Positions 51,654 through 61,800 of a stretch of DNA of 63,709 nucleotides are shown here, piece by piece (the stretch's first letter is position 1; every line of letters starts with the position of its first letter). The notes under the pieces are model-generated. The model ran no database searches, had not been told where the DNA came from, and worked only from the letters and a program-made list of their open reading frames with translations. Source of the DNA: a virus (taxonomy: Duplodnaviria > Caudoviricetes); IMG/VR virus record IMGVR_UViG_3300050034_000204, positions 1-63,709 of that record. The stretch is one strand, 5' to 3'. Both the position numbers and the translations under genes were made by a program.

Positions 51654-52805
51654 ATGAAGATACGAGAATTATTTGAATACAAAGCAAGTCCAAATACCTT
51701 ATCTAGAATTGCGTCTCACATAGATGCAACGGTTGGAATGGAATTCGAAATGGTAGTACCTAATAAAACACTAATTAATATAACTAAAAGTTTTTCAGAA
51801 TATATTGGAAAAGAGGTTTATAGTTCTTCTACTTATCATGGCGGACCAAGAAAAGAAAATGCATATACCATTGAGCCAGATTCTTCTATTATTCCAACAA
51901 AAGAATATAGCAGTGGATTGGAATTTATAAGTCCGCCTATGCCATTTATTGAGATGATAGAAGATTTGAAAAAGACTATTGCATGGGCAAAAAAGAATGG
52001 ATGTTCAACTAACGAATCCACCGGACTTCATATGAATATTTCAATTAATGGTAAATCCATGGAATCTCTTAATTATATTAAATTGATATTGTTGCTGGGT
52101 GATCAATATGTATTGGAAAAATTTGAGAGGTCTATTAATGCCGCGTGCGAATCATCATATAAAAAAATATCAAAAATAATGAATATTATTTCCACTGATA
52201 AAGATAGAAGGGAAGCATTACTTAATCATGTTCGGGCAGATTTTGATCATGCAATGAATACTTGGGGAAAAGGAATGTTTTCATCAAAATCTATCGATAA
52301 ATATCAAAGCGTTCATCTTAGAGATAATTATGTGGAATTTGGAGGTCCGGGTGGGGATTGGTTGAAGATGGAGAATAAATCAATAATAACTCTTTCTAGA
52401 TTTATTGTTTGTTTAGATGCTGCCTGTGATCCACAAAAATATAGAAGAGAGTTTATGAAAAAATGGGGGGCCTTTGTTGAAAAGTCATTACCAACCACCT
52501 CGCTTGGAAATATTGTTGCTAGTTATTTAAGCGGAAATATAACAAAAGAAGAAGCAGTCTATAAATTAAAAGGGACCGAATCTCCTTCTTTGGGAATATA
52601 TGGGGTGAGATTTAATAATGGAAATAACATGGCAACGTATTATGATTATACTGATTCGGTATTTGGAATGGGACGTATATGGATGGCACTATCTGTTGCA
52701 AAAGATATGTATAAACAATATAAGGACCAATATCCGGATGCTGAGTTAGTAAAGAAAAATTCAGATGGAACGATATCTTCGGTAAAGGTGGATAATAATG
52801 TCTAG
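51654..52805 (+). CDS. Amidoligase-like (COOH-NH2 ligase fold) protein
   Basis: VGMEFE, IEPDSSI, LEFISPP, TNESTGLHMNIS, KY and VEF(G)GPGG; leader MKIRELFE. Confidence 0.7.
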   Translation: MKIRELFEYKASPNTLSRIASHIDATVGMEFEMVVPNKTLINITKSFSEYIGKEVYSSSTYHGGPRKENAYTIEPDSSIIPTKEYSSGLEFISPPMPFIEMIEDLKKTIAWAKKNGCSTNESTGLHMNISINGKSMESLNYIKLILLLGDQYVLEKFERSINAACESSYKKISKIMNIISTDKDRREALLNHVRADFDHAMNTWGKGMFSSKSIDKYQSVHLRDNYVEFGGPGGDWLKMENKSIITLSRFIVCLDAACDPQKYRREFMKKWGAFVEKSLPTTSLGNIVASYLSGNITKEEAVYKLKGTESPSLGIYGVRFNNGNNMATYYDYTDSVFGMGRIWMALSVAKDMYKQYKDQYPDAELVKKNSDGTISSVKVDNNV

Positions 52806-54003
52806 AATATCAATGTGGCAAGATGGAAAATATGGGCAAGATGCAAAGTATTTTGACAGATTACTACTTGAGCAATTTTTGATTGGTGGGGTTGATGTAT
52901 ATATTCACAAGTACCTTGGATCAGCTAATTCTAATATTGCAACGGATACTACTCAGCCCCAATATACCAACTTATCAGAAACAAACATTCAAGACTTGCT
53001 ATTTCTTGAAAATAGAGATAGAAAGTACTCCCAAGATATTGTTAAAATGAGAGCGCAATTTCAAGCAAGTGATTTAGATTTGGATCTATCTCAATTTGGA
53101 TTATCGTTGGGAACTTCTGGAATGCTAAATGTCACGGTTCATTTGAAAAATTGTGTTGATACTCTCGGAAGAAAGTTAATGTCTGGCGATGTATTAGAAA
53201 TGCCATGTATGAAGGATTTCTATGCATTAGATGAAGATATTCCAGTTGCTTTAAAAAAATATTATGTAGTTCAAACTGCTGCTAGACCTTCTGCGGGTTA
53301 TTCTGCATCATGGTGGAATCATTTATGGAGATGTAAATGTACTCCGATGGTTTCTAGTCAGGAATATAATGACATTCTTAGTAAGCCAGTTACAAATGCA
53401 TGGGATGATATTGTGAATGATTCTAATGGGAATGCAATTACTTACTCACAGATTTTTACCTCAGATAAGTACTATGTGGAAGAAAATGAAGCGGTAATTA
53501 AAGAAGCAGAGCATAATACTCCACTTAGTGGTTATGAAACTGAAAACATTTGGGAACCACAATATGTTATCGGAAAGGGAAAGAAATTTCCTTTACCAGT
53601 TGGAACTAGTCCTGCGTTAAAGTTTTCTGGATATATGGTTGGAAACGGCAAAGCAGAAAATGGATATCCGGTAACGGCTGCTACAGAATTTACAAGTAAT
53701 CCAACCATCGGCGATTATATTCTTAGAACAGATTATTTTCCGGCAAGATTGTATAGATGGTCTGGATCAGCGTGGCAATATTCAAATTCAAATGTTCGTA
53801 CTCCTCTTACTAATGGAGAAGGGCATACTCAGCGCGATCAGTTTATTAATAACGCAAATACTTTTGTAAATACTTCTAATGTTGCCACGCCAATATTACA
53901 AAACATTAGTACAATTTTCAGGCCAGATATGACAGCTAATATATATGCAAATTCTGCGTCATTGGTATCAAATACGGGAAATGATTTAATAATTTTTCCA
54001 TAA
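52798..54003 (+). CDS. Neck/head-closure protein (T4 gp14-like)
   Basis: E.F.IGG...YIHKYLG, IQDLLFLENRDRKY, DLSQFGL, GRKLM.GDVLE.P and HLWR.K..P...SQEY. Confidence 0.75.
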   Translation: MSRISMWQDGKYGQDAKYFDRLLLEQFLIGGVDVYIHKYLGSANSNIATDTTQPQYTNLSETNIQDLLFLENRDRKYSQDIVKMRAQFQASDLDLDLSQFGLSLGTSGMLNVTVHLKNCVDTLGRKLMSGDVLEMPCMKDFYALDEDIPVALKKYYVVQTAARPSAGYSASWWNHLWRCKCTPMVSSQEYNDILSKPVTNAWDDIVNDSNGNAITYSQIFTSDKYYVEENEAVIKEAEHNTPLSGYETENIWEPQYVIGKGKKFPLPVGTSPALKFSGYMVGNGKAENGYPVTAATEFTSNPTIGDYILRTDYFPARLYRWSGSAWQYSNSNVRTPLTNGEGHTQRDQFINNANTFVNTSNVATPILQNISTIFRPDMTANIYANSASLVSNTGNDLIIFP

Positions 54004-54011
54004 ATAGGTAT

Positions 54012-57000
54012 ATGAGAGATAACATGAAAAAGATTTTAATGCTGACATTGATGATTTTGACACTAGTTGGATCAAGTGAAAGTCGAGTAACACATAAGCA
54101 TCATAAAAATAAAATAACGGCGATCTTGCCAGTAAAATCTTCTCCGAGAATGATGGCAACACAAACATTGATTAATCCAAACACTCAAATTGGAGGTCCG
54201 TTAGTTAGTACTAATAATATGTTGCCGGGTGTTGCATCAGATAATGCAGATGGAATAACTGTTTCTGGAAAAGTAACAACTCCGAATTTATCAGTTAGTA
54301 ATCTTACTGGATATGTTTATGCGAATGGATCAAGTAATTCTACTGCTAGTACAACTATTCCTAATACTGGTTTAGCGAATTCAGCGACAACTGTTAATGG
54401 GCAAACATGTACTCTTGGAAGTACCTGCACGGTGACATCTACTGCTTCCAATAATTTAACTTTAACAGATGGAGCATCTTCAACAAAAACTTATGATGGT
54501 TCTTCTGCACAGACTTTAAATTATATTAGTAGTTCAGAAACAAGTGCTCAGAGTATGGATGGAGAGTTAATTATACCGTCTCTTATTATAAATACAGATC
54601 CAACATCATCCAGCACTCCATATGTTACAGCAGGTCCGCAATCAACCGTTCCTACTTCGTGGACGTTTGATTGGACTACACCAGCATTAGCATTAAGTTC
54701 AATTAATGGTATTTCTTCCACATTGGCTACAAATCAAACTATGAGCGGAACCTTAACTGGCGCGGGCTATATTGGTCCAATTACTGGAACCGTAACAGGT
54801 ACAACTTCTTTAGCAACAAATTTAACTGGTACAGTTGTAAATAGTATACCTTATCAATCAGCATCAGCTACTACCGGATATGTTGCTCCTAATACAACCA
54901 CAACTCCCAAGGTACTCTCGATGACCGGAGATGGAACCAACGGTGCTACTCCAGTATATAGTTCTTTTATAGATCCATCGTTAACTACTACACAAACAAT
55001 GAGCGGGTCTTTATATACACCTACTTTATCTGCTGCCACGGTACTTCCACAAATGTTAGGAACCGTGTATTATGCAGATGGGTATCCAACCTCATGCACG
55101 GTCGGAGGAGTCAGTTATACAACTCAATTAGATTGCGCGTGGTATACTGCATTATCTGCTATTAGCGGCGATACTTCGGTTGTTGTAGAAGTTGGACAGA
55201 ATACCTATACTTCATGCGCCGGACTCCAAATGAAGCCATCGGCAGCGACAGGTAGAGGTGTTGTTAATCTTATCGGTGCAAGTCCAGTAGCATCACACAT
55301 TGAGCTTTCATGCTCAAATTCAAATGGGTTATTATATCTTCCCACCGTTTCCGGAGAATACGCCACGCAACCAACGATTAAGCAAGTTACGCTTGATGCG
55401 CAGCATCTTTCTCCATACGCGATAAATCTTCAAGGACAAACTCATCATATTACTATGTCACATGTTTGGGGCGCTAATGGAACTACAGCCCAAATGCTTT
55501 TTGGGACCGCTACCGGAGTTGCTACTTCCTATGACTCTCAGTTTGAAGATTTAGAAGTGTATGAAAATTGCCCTATTACTGGTGGTTGCGGAACCGGAGC
55601 TATGGTTACTGGATATGGAACGGGCGGTGCTCCTACCCTTGGTTATGGAGTAGTATTGGCATCGCAAGTACTTGGAACCGATTATGCTGGAGATACGTTA
55701 ACTTGCACGGTTTCGGGAGGAACTTATAATGTACAGGCAACTTGTTTAGCTGCTTACAGCAGTGGTGGACTTTATTACCGAATTACAAGTCCGGGAAATT
55801 ATGATTTTGCATCTGCGGTACCGACAATTTCAGTGACTGGTTATACGTCTGGTTCAGGGAGCAGTGCCACGCTCGCGTCATTCGGTGGATCGAACTATGA
55901 TTCCAATACTGAAATCGTTGGTACGGTTGGATCTCAAAATGCAACGTCTAATGTCCCATGCACGACAGTTGGGACGTACACACCAACAATTGTATCTGGC
56001 GTAATCACGGGAATGACAACAACTGACACTGGCTGCACTGGATTGTACTCGGTTTCTATCTATGACTTGGGGTTATCTCAATATGGAATTGATGATGAAT
56101 ATACTACTGACTCTCGCTGGATTGGCATAACTGGAAATACTGGATCAATGGCCAGTATGCGGTTTCAACGAGGAGACAATAAAATATACGGTGCTCACCC
56201 AGAGGGCCAAGGCCAAAATGGAATTATCAATGGCCCACAGTATAACGAGTACTACGGAACCAATTGCGGAGAGCAGTTTTCAGATTGCATATCTAACTAT
56301 GGTAATGCCATTGTAAGTGGAGGGTTATTTTATATAAATACTTCATTTATTAGATATGCATTTGGTTATACTTTATATAGAAACGAAAGTTCGTCTGCGG
56401 TAACTACTGCATCAGACACACAATGTAGTATAACGCAACCCATGGAATATCACACCTTTAGTAGCCCGTCTGGTATAATTGATCAGTTTGGATCTACTAC
56501 CTTTTCGCAAATAGGAAAAAGTACTCTAAGAAATGTTTACTATTGCGGGCTGTCAGGGTACGGTCCTGTAACCGTTACTGTCTCTCCGGAGGTGATGGCC
56601 GAAGATCACCCATCTTGGCCAAATTATCAGAACGGAAGCGGAGTGAGCACAGCAAACTATTATGGGGCGTCGGGAAATCGTGCAGATTTTGGCTATAACG
56701 GATCTAATGCTGTCGTCGCAGCGTCTTCTGGGCACGGAATCAAATTCGGAGTAGGCGCGGCTTATGGCAGTCTTGATGGAACGTGGGTGGGTGGATTTGA
56801 CCAATATGGATCGTTCTGCGTTGGCGGAACAAGTGAGACGTATTGTAATTATAATCCATTTTATATTAATTCTAGCGGGGATGAATCAACCAATAGCATC
56901 ACTACTCGTAATGTCACGTTATCTGCACTAACTACTCCGGTAACGAGTACCTTAACTACAGCTACAACTGGTGGTACATTGGCGGCAAGTACATCATATT

Positions 57001-58787
57001 GCTATCGAGTATCCGCATTTAATAGTTTAGGTAGTACTATTCCAAGTACCGAAAGTTGCTTAACAACTGGAAGTACCACTAGTACAAATACAGTTACAAT
57101 TCCATGGAGTGCTGTTCTTGGTGCTGCATCTTATAGTATATACGGTAGAACAACAAGTGCGGAGTTATTACTTGCAAGTGGTGTAACTGCATTGACTTAT
57201 ACTGATACTGGATCACTGACTCCATCAGGAGCAATGCCAACTACAAATACTACAATTGGTGCGATAAATGGATTAAGTAGCTTAATTTTAAATTCTACTA
57301 CCTCTCCATATCAGCCATATATTTATTATGCAGCAAACGGAACAGATTATTGGAAAACCGCGCTGAGCGGTGTTGCGGGAAACTATAGATTATATGATGT
57401 TATTAATGCTATTAATAGATTAGACTTCGCGCCCAACGGATCCACAAGTATTTCTTCTGGGGCTGGAAGTTATGCGGTTCAAATAAACAATGCTACTAAT
57501 TCTGGAACTGGTGGGTTGGCTGTGTATAGCGGTGGAAGTACTTCTACGAAGGTAGCATCTATTGACGGATCAGGAGATTTCAGTAATCCGAAGGGAATCG
57601 CTATTCCCTATACTGCTAACGGATATACTGGTACGTCTACAAGTAAAGTTACTTTATCAGATACTCCTACATTTACAAATAATGTAACGTTATCTGCATT
57701 AACTACCCCAACAACTAGCACATTAACAACTGCTACCACAGGCGGAACATTGACTGCAAGTACATCATATTGTTATCGAGTTAATGCCGTAAACAGTATT
57801 GGAAGTACTATACCAAGTACTGAAAGTTGCTTAACAACGGGAAGTACCACTAGCACAAATACAATTACTATTCCATGGAGTACTATTTCCGGGGCTACGT
57901 CTTACAGTATATATGGTAGAACAACAAGTGCGGAGTTATTACTTGCAAGTGGTATAACTGCATTAACATACACCGATACTGGATCATTAACTCCATCAGG
58001 AGCAATGCCAACTACAAATACTACATTGGGTTCAATTTATACAGGTAGTTCAACCAGCGGAGATTTGGCTAGTTATTCTGGCACATCTGGCAAAATAGTT
58101 GATAGTGGAGTTTCTTCAACTACTCCATCATTTACTGCTGTGACTGGATTAAGCAACCTTACCTTAAATTCCACAGTATCTCCATTCCAATCATATTTGT
58201 ATTATGCTGCAAATGGAACAAACTATTGGCAAACTTTGCTTACTGGTGTTGCCGGTAATTATAGATTATATGATCCTGTTAATAGTCTTATTAGAATGGA
58301 GTATGCACCTAATAGCACGACTCGTATTAATGCTGGTGTAGGTTCAAGTAACGTGCAAATTAATTCAACTACCGGATCTGGAACCGGAGGATTGGCTGTT
58401 TATAGCGGTGGAAGTACATCAACTTATGTGGGTGCCATAGATGGTTCTGGTAATTTTATTAACGCGAACGGAACGGTAATTCCATCGACTGCTACGGGTA
58501 ATACTGGGGTTTCAACTGGAAAATTATCATTGGTTCCGGGTTCCGAGGATTTTGGATATGCAACGTTAACTTCTGGAACGGTAACGGTTAGTGATACTTT
58601 AACTTGTACTCCTAGTGCTACTTGTATATATAAACTTACCCGATGCGCCGTTAATTCAAGTACCGTAATAGGCGAACTTAGTATAGGAACCGTAACTTCT
58701 GGAACCTCATTTGTGATTAATTCATTAACTGCTGCTAATATTGTTGCTACTGGAGATTTGAGCAGTGTGTGCTGGCAGATAAACTAA
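54012..58787 (+). CDS. Large Thr/Ser/Gly-rich fibre/adhesin with signal peptide, beta-helix-like core and duplicated C-terminal modules
   Basis: MKKILMLTLMILTLVGS; pectin-lyase-like middle region; FN3-like repeats. Confidence 0.7.
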   Translation: MRDNMKKILMLTLMILTLVGSSESRVTHKHHKNKITAILPVKSSPRMMATQTLINPNTQIGGPLVSTNNMLPGVASDNADGITVSGKVTTPNLSVSNLTGYVYANGSSNSTASTTIPNTGLANSATTVNGQTCTLGSTCTVTSTASNNLTLTDGASSTKTYDGSSAQTLNYISSSETSAQSMDGELIIPSLIINTDPTSSSTPYVTAGPQSTVPTSWTFDWTTPALALSSINGISSTLATNQTMSGTLTGAGYIGPITGTVTGTTSLATNLTGTVVNSIPYQSASATTGYVAPNTTTTPKVLSMTGDGTNGATPVYSSFIDPSLTTTQTMSGSLYTPTLSAATVLPQMLGTVYYADGYPTSCTVGGVSYTTQLDCAWYTALSAISGDTSVVVEVGQNTYTSCAGLQMKPSAATGRGVVNLIGASPVASHIELSCSNSNGLLYLPTVSGEYATQPTIKQVTLDAQHLSPYAINLQGQTHHITMSHVWGANGTTAQMLFGTATGVATSYDSQFEDLEVYENCPITGGCGTGAMVTGYGTGGAPTLGYGVVLASQVLGTDYAGDTLTCTVSGGTYNVQATCLAAYSSGGLYYRITSPGNYDFASAVPTISVTGYTSGSGSSATLASFGGSNYDSNTEIVGTVGSQNATSNVPCTTVGTYTPTIVSGVITGMTTTDTGCTGLYSVSIYDLGLSQYGIDDEYTTDSRWIGITGNTGSMASMRFQRGDNKIYGAHPEGQGQNGIINGPQYNEYYGTNCGEQFSDCISNYGNAIVSGGLFYINTSFIRYAFGYTLYRNESSSAVTTASDTQCSITQPMEYHTFSSPSGIIDQFGSTTFSQIGKSTLRNVYYCGLSGYGPVTVTVSPEVMAEDHPSWPNYQNGSGVSTANYYGASGNRADFGYNGSNAVVAASSGHGIKFGVGAAYGSLDGTWVGGFDQYGSFCVGGTSETYCNYNPFYINSSGDESTNSITTRNVTLSALTTPVTSTLTTATTGGTLAASTSYCYRVSAFNSLGSTIPSTESCLTTGSTTSTNTVTIPWSAVLGAASYSIYGRTTSAELLLASGVTALTYTDTGSLTPSGAMPTTNTTIGAINGLSSLILNSTTSPYQPYIYYAANGTDYWKTALSGVAGNYRLYDVINAINRLDFAPNGSTSISSGAGSYAVQINNATNSGTGGLAVYSGGSTSTKVASIDGSGDFSNPKGIAIPYTANGYTGTSTSKVTLSDTPTFTNNVTLSALTTPTTSTLTTATTGGTLTASTSYCYRVNAVNSIGSTIPSTESCLTTGSTTSTNTITIPWSTISGATSYSIYGRTTSAELLLASGITALTYTDTGSLTPSGAMPTTNTTLGSIYTGSSTSGDLASYSGTSGKIVDSGVSSTTPSFTAVTGLSNLTLNSTVSPFQSYLYYAANGTNYWQTLLTGVAGNYRLYDPVNSLIRMEYAPNSTTRINAGVGSSNVQINSTTGSGTGGLAVYSGGSTSTYVGAIDGSGNFINANGTVIPSTATGNTGVSTGKLSLVPGSEDFGYATLTSGTVTVSDTLTCTPSATCIYKLTRCAVNSSTVIGELSIGTVTSGTSFVINSLTAANIVATGDLSSVCWQIN
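56910..58524 (+). repeat. Intragenic duplication A-B-A'-x-B'
   Basis: A about 56910-57254 vs A' about 57681-58025 (near-identical protein); B about 57270-57648 vs B' about 58146-58524. Confidence 0.9.
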
Positions 58788-58824
58788 ATGACACTAATGG
58801 TAAATAGTAATATTAGGAGATTTA

Positions 58825-61800
58825 ATGTTTAAGAAATTTATATTTTTGTGTATTCTATTGAGTTATAACATAGTAAATGCTCAAGGAACAAAAATCACTG
58901 GTTCTGTTCTTATACAGAGTGGGGCAACTGGAACAGTATCTAATTTGGGCGGAACAGTTGTTAATAGTATTCCATATCAGTGTGCTTCGGGTACTACTTG
59001 TTATTTAAGTCCTAGTACAAGCAGTACTACCGAATATCTATGTCAAACTGATTCTGGAGTTCCGGCATGGTGTGCGGTATCTGATGGTGGCGGAAGTGGT
59101 ACAGTAACCAGTGTTGGATTAACTGTACCAGATTGGCTAACAGTTACAAATAGTCCAATTACAAGCAGTGGCACAATAGCAATAACTGGCACAAGCGAAA
59201 CCGCTAATTATTTTATTGCTGCTCCAAATGGAACGGCTGGTGCTATGACTCCTCGTGCTATTGTTGCTGCTGATCTACCATCAAGTATTACTAGCAGTAC
59301 CACAGGAACGGCTGCACAAGTAGTAAACTCGCTTACTTTGACCAATACGCTCGCTACGCCAACATTTACCACATTCAACGGTTCAGCAGCAACGACTGTA
59401 GATATTATTGACCCATCGCAAACCGCGACGCAGACGATGGCGGGAGACTTGACGCTGCCCAATCTTACAGCATCAGGCACCGTTACGGCGGGGTCGATTG
59501 GAACCACAATCTATGCAGCGAACTACTGCACGACCAAAGGAATACTGGACCAAAGCTGCATCGCCAATGCGCTTGCAGCAGCCACAGCGAACACCAACGT
59601 TATCGTCGGGTCTGGAACCTATAATTTTTCAAGCGGTGTAACATGGTCTACAAGCAACACGACCATCACATGCGCTCCCGGTGCGGTATTCAGTCGCGCC
59701 AGTTCTTTATCCTCTTCCATGTTGGTATTAACCGGCAGTTACCAAACGCTTGATGGTTCGTGCGCATTGACAGGAGGTTCAAGCTCTGCAAACGCCTATA
59801 GTGGTCTTGTCCATTTAAGCGATACCTCGTACACCACGTTACGAGGATTACACATTTACACAGTGGGTTCTGACTATGGTATTCGCCTCGATCAGGCGAG
59901 CCATGTGTTGGCAGATCATTTACAGATGGATTCAGATTCGGGCGGGTTCTTTGCTTATGCACCCAATTCGTTTATCGAGTTGAACGGCGGGCGTTACGAC
60001 GGGGGCTATTCAATCCTGTCAGGGTCTAACAACGGAGCCTATAACACAAGCCTGACAAACGATGTGAACATCCACGACGTATCATGCTCATCAAGCGGTC
60101 AAGCTGCGCAATCGGGTAACTATTATTTTTCTTGTGGTGGGGTTGGTGATTTCACTGGTAATACGACGATCACGGGTTACTCAATCACAAGCAATGCAGT
60201 GACTTTCACAACAAGCGGGACCAATCACGTAACAGGAGTGGGAACATCTGTTCTCGTGATTGGATTGAGTACAGGAAACTATCTGAATTACCCATCATGG
60301 TCCGGGGTATGGACTGTCACGGCGGTGGGTACTAATACTTTTACCGTGACATCCCCGGGGTTCGCTCATGCAAATGTTTCCAGCACAACGGATGCAGGAT
60401 TTGCAAACGTAGGAATTATCACCGGATTGCGCATTGTAAACACTACATGCAATATCTCCGGGACTACAAGCACGAGTCAGATTTTTGATTGTTGGACGAT
60501 CCCTAGCTACAACACGATTGGAGCTATATTCTCCGGGAATACAGCTAACGCCGATAACCAGTTCATCAATTATGATGTTCTAGAGTTTGGTGCCAGCCGC
60601 TCAGAAGTGTCTAATAACACTATCCATGCACAGGATTCCGGTATGCAGGTATACAGTGCAATTCACTTTTACTCTGGCGGAAACCACGTGTTCGGGAATC
60701 ATGTTTACGGATGGGGTAACGGGAGTAGTAGTACAGCATCTAGTGGGGTTACGTTTAGCTCGCACACAGCTTCCGGAGGTAGAATTCACGCGGATAATAA
60801 TATCATCACAGGGAATACAGTCTCAAACCCATTGATCGGAACAGACGCGGTTTCGTGTGGCATTTGCGTTTCTACGAATGACAGTAGCGCCCAATCCTCA
60901 GAACTGAACACAATTATCACGGATAACATTGTCGTCGGCCCCATCGCGAGAAGTATTTTTATTGATGATAACGGGTACTCCTCCCCGCTTAACGCCCTTA
61001 TTCAGGGGAACTCGATTTCAGGCGGGACAATCGGTGTTTACTACGGGGCAACTGCAGCCACATCGGTCACTTTAGGAACAAACTATTTTACCGGGGTTAC
61101 AACTAACTACTACGCTCAAGGGTCAGCAGTTGCATCGAATTTAGTCATGGGAAGCACAGTGCAGACCCCCGCTATAACGCCGACAAATCTTTCTTCGAGC
61201 ACTGCCCCCGTGTGCTACTCAACCAGTGGTCAACCGCTGACGAATGTCGGTTGTAAGATCCCCCAGCAGTCAGTCACCACAAATACTGTTGCGGCGTGGT
61301 CCGTATACCTGTATGCAGTATCAGGAATTTATGGGGGAGCACTTTATCCGCAATCAGGACAGACCATTGTTTCGGTGGATTACGCCTACAACGTCGCACC
61401 CGTGGGGTGTTCGTCTTACGGTACAATATACGTTCATGATGTAACCACCAGCACAGACGTTATTACCGTGACATCGTCCGGTCAGATCGGTTCATCAACA
61501 GGCCTGAGTTATCCGCTTAACAGTGCCCATGTGTACGCAATTCATGATGGAGGATTCTCAGGGTGCTCGACAACCCCGGCTAGTTTGACAGTTACAGTCC
61601 AGTTGTCAAATGCTACGGGCGTATCCCTGCGGAATGCCTCCACCGTCGGAAATGACGGAACCTACTATGGCACTTGGGCATCAACCGGGGAAACCATCAC
61701 TCAGATAGATTTTGGTATTGGCCGTGCCGGTGTTGGTTGCACGTCGTTATGGGGCGTTGAGTTGTACGACCAGACGAGTTCTTCGGTTGTGGCGGGAACA

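Noticed and set aside
56910-58524. Diversity-generating retroelement TR/VR pair
   Set aside because: Both copies are in-frame coding, differences are not adenine-specific, and no reverse transcriptase is in the window.
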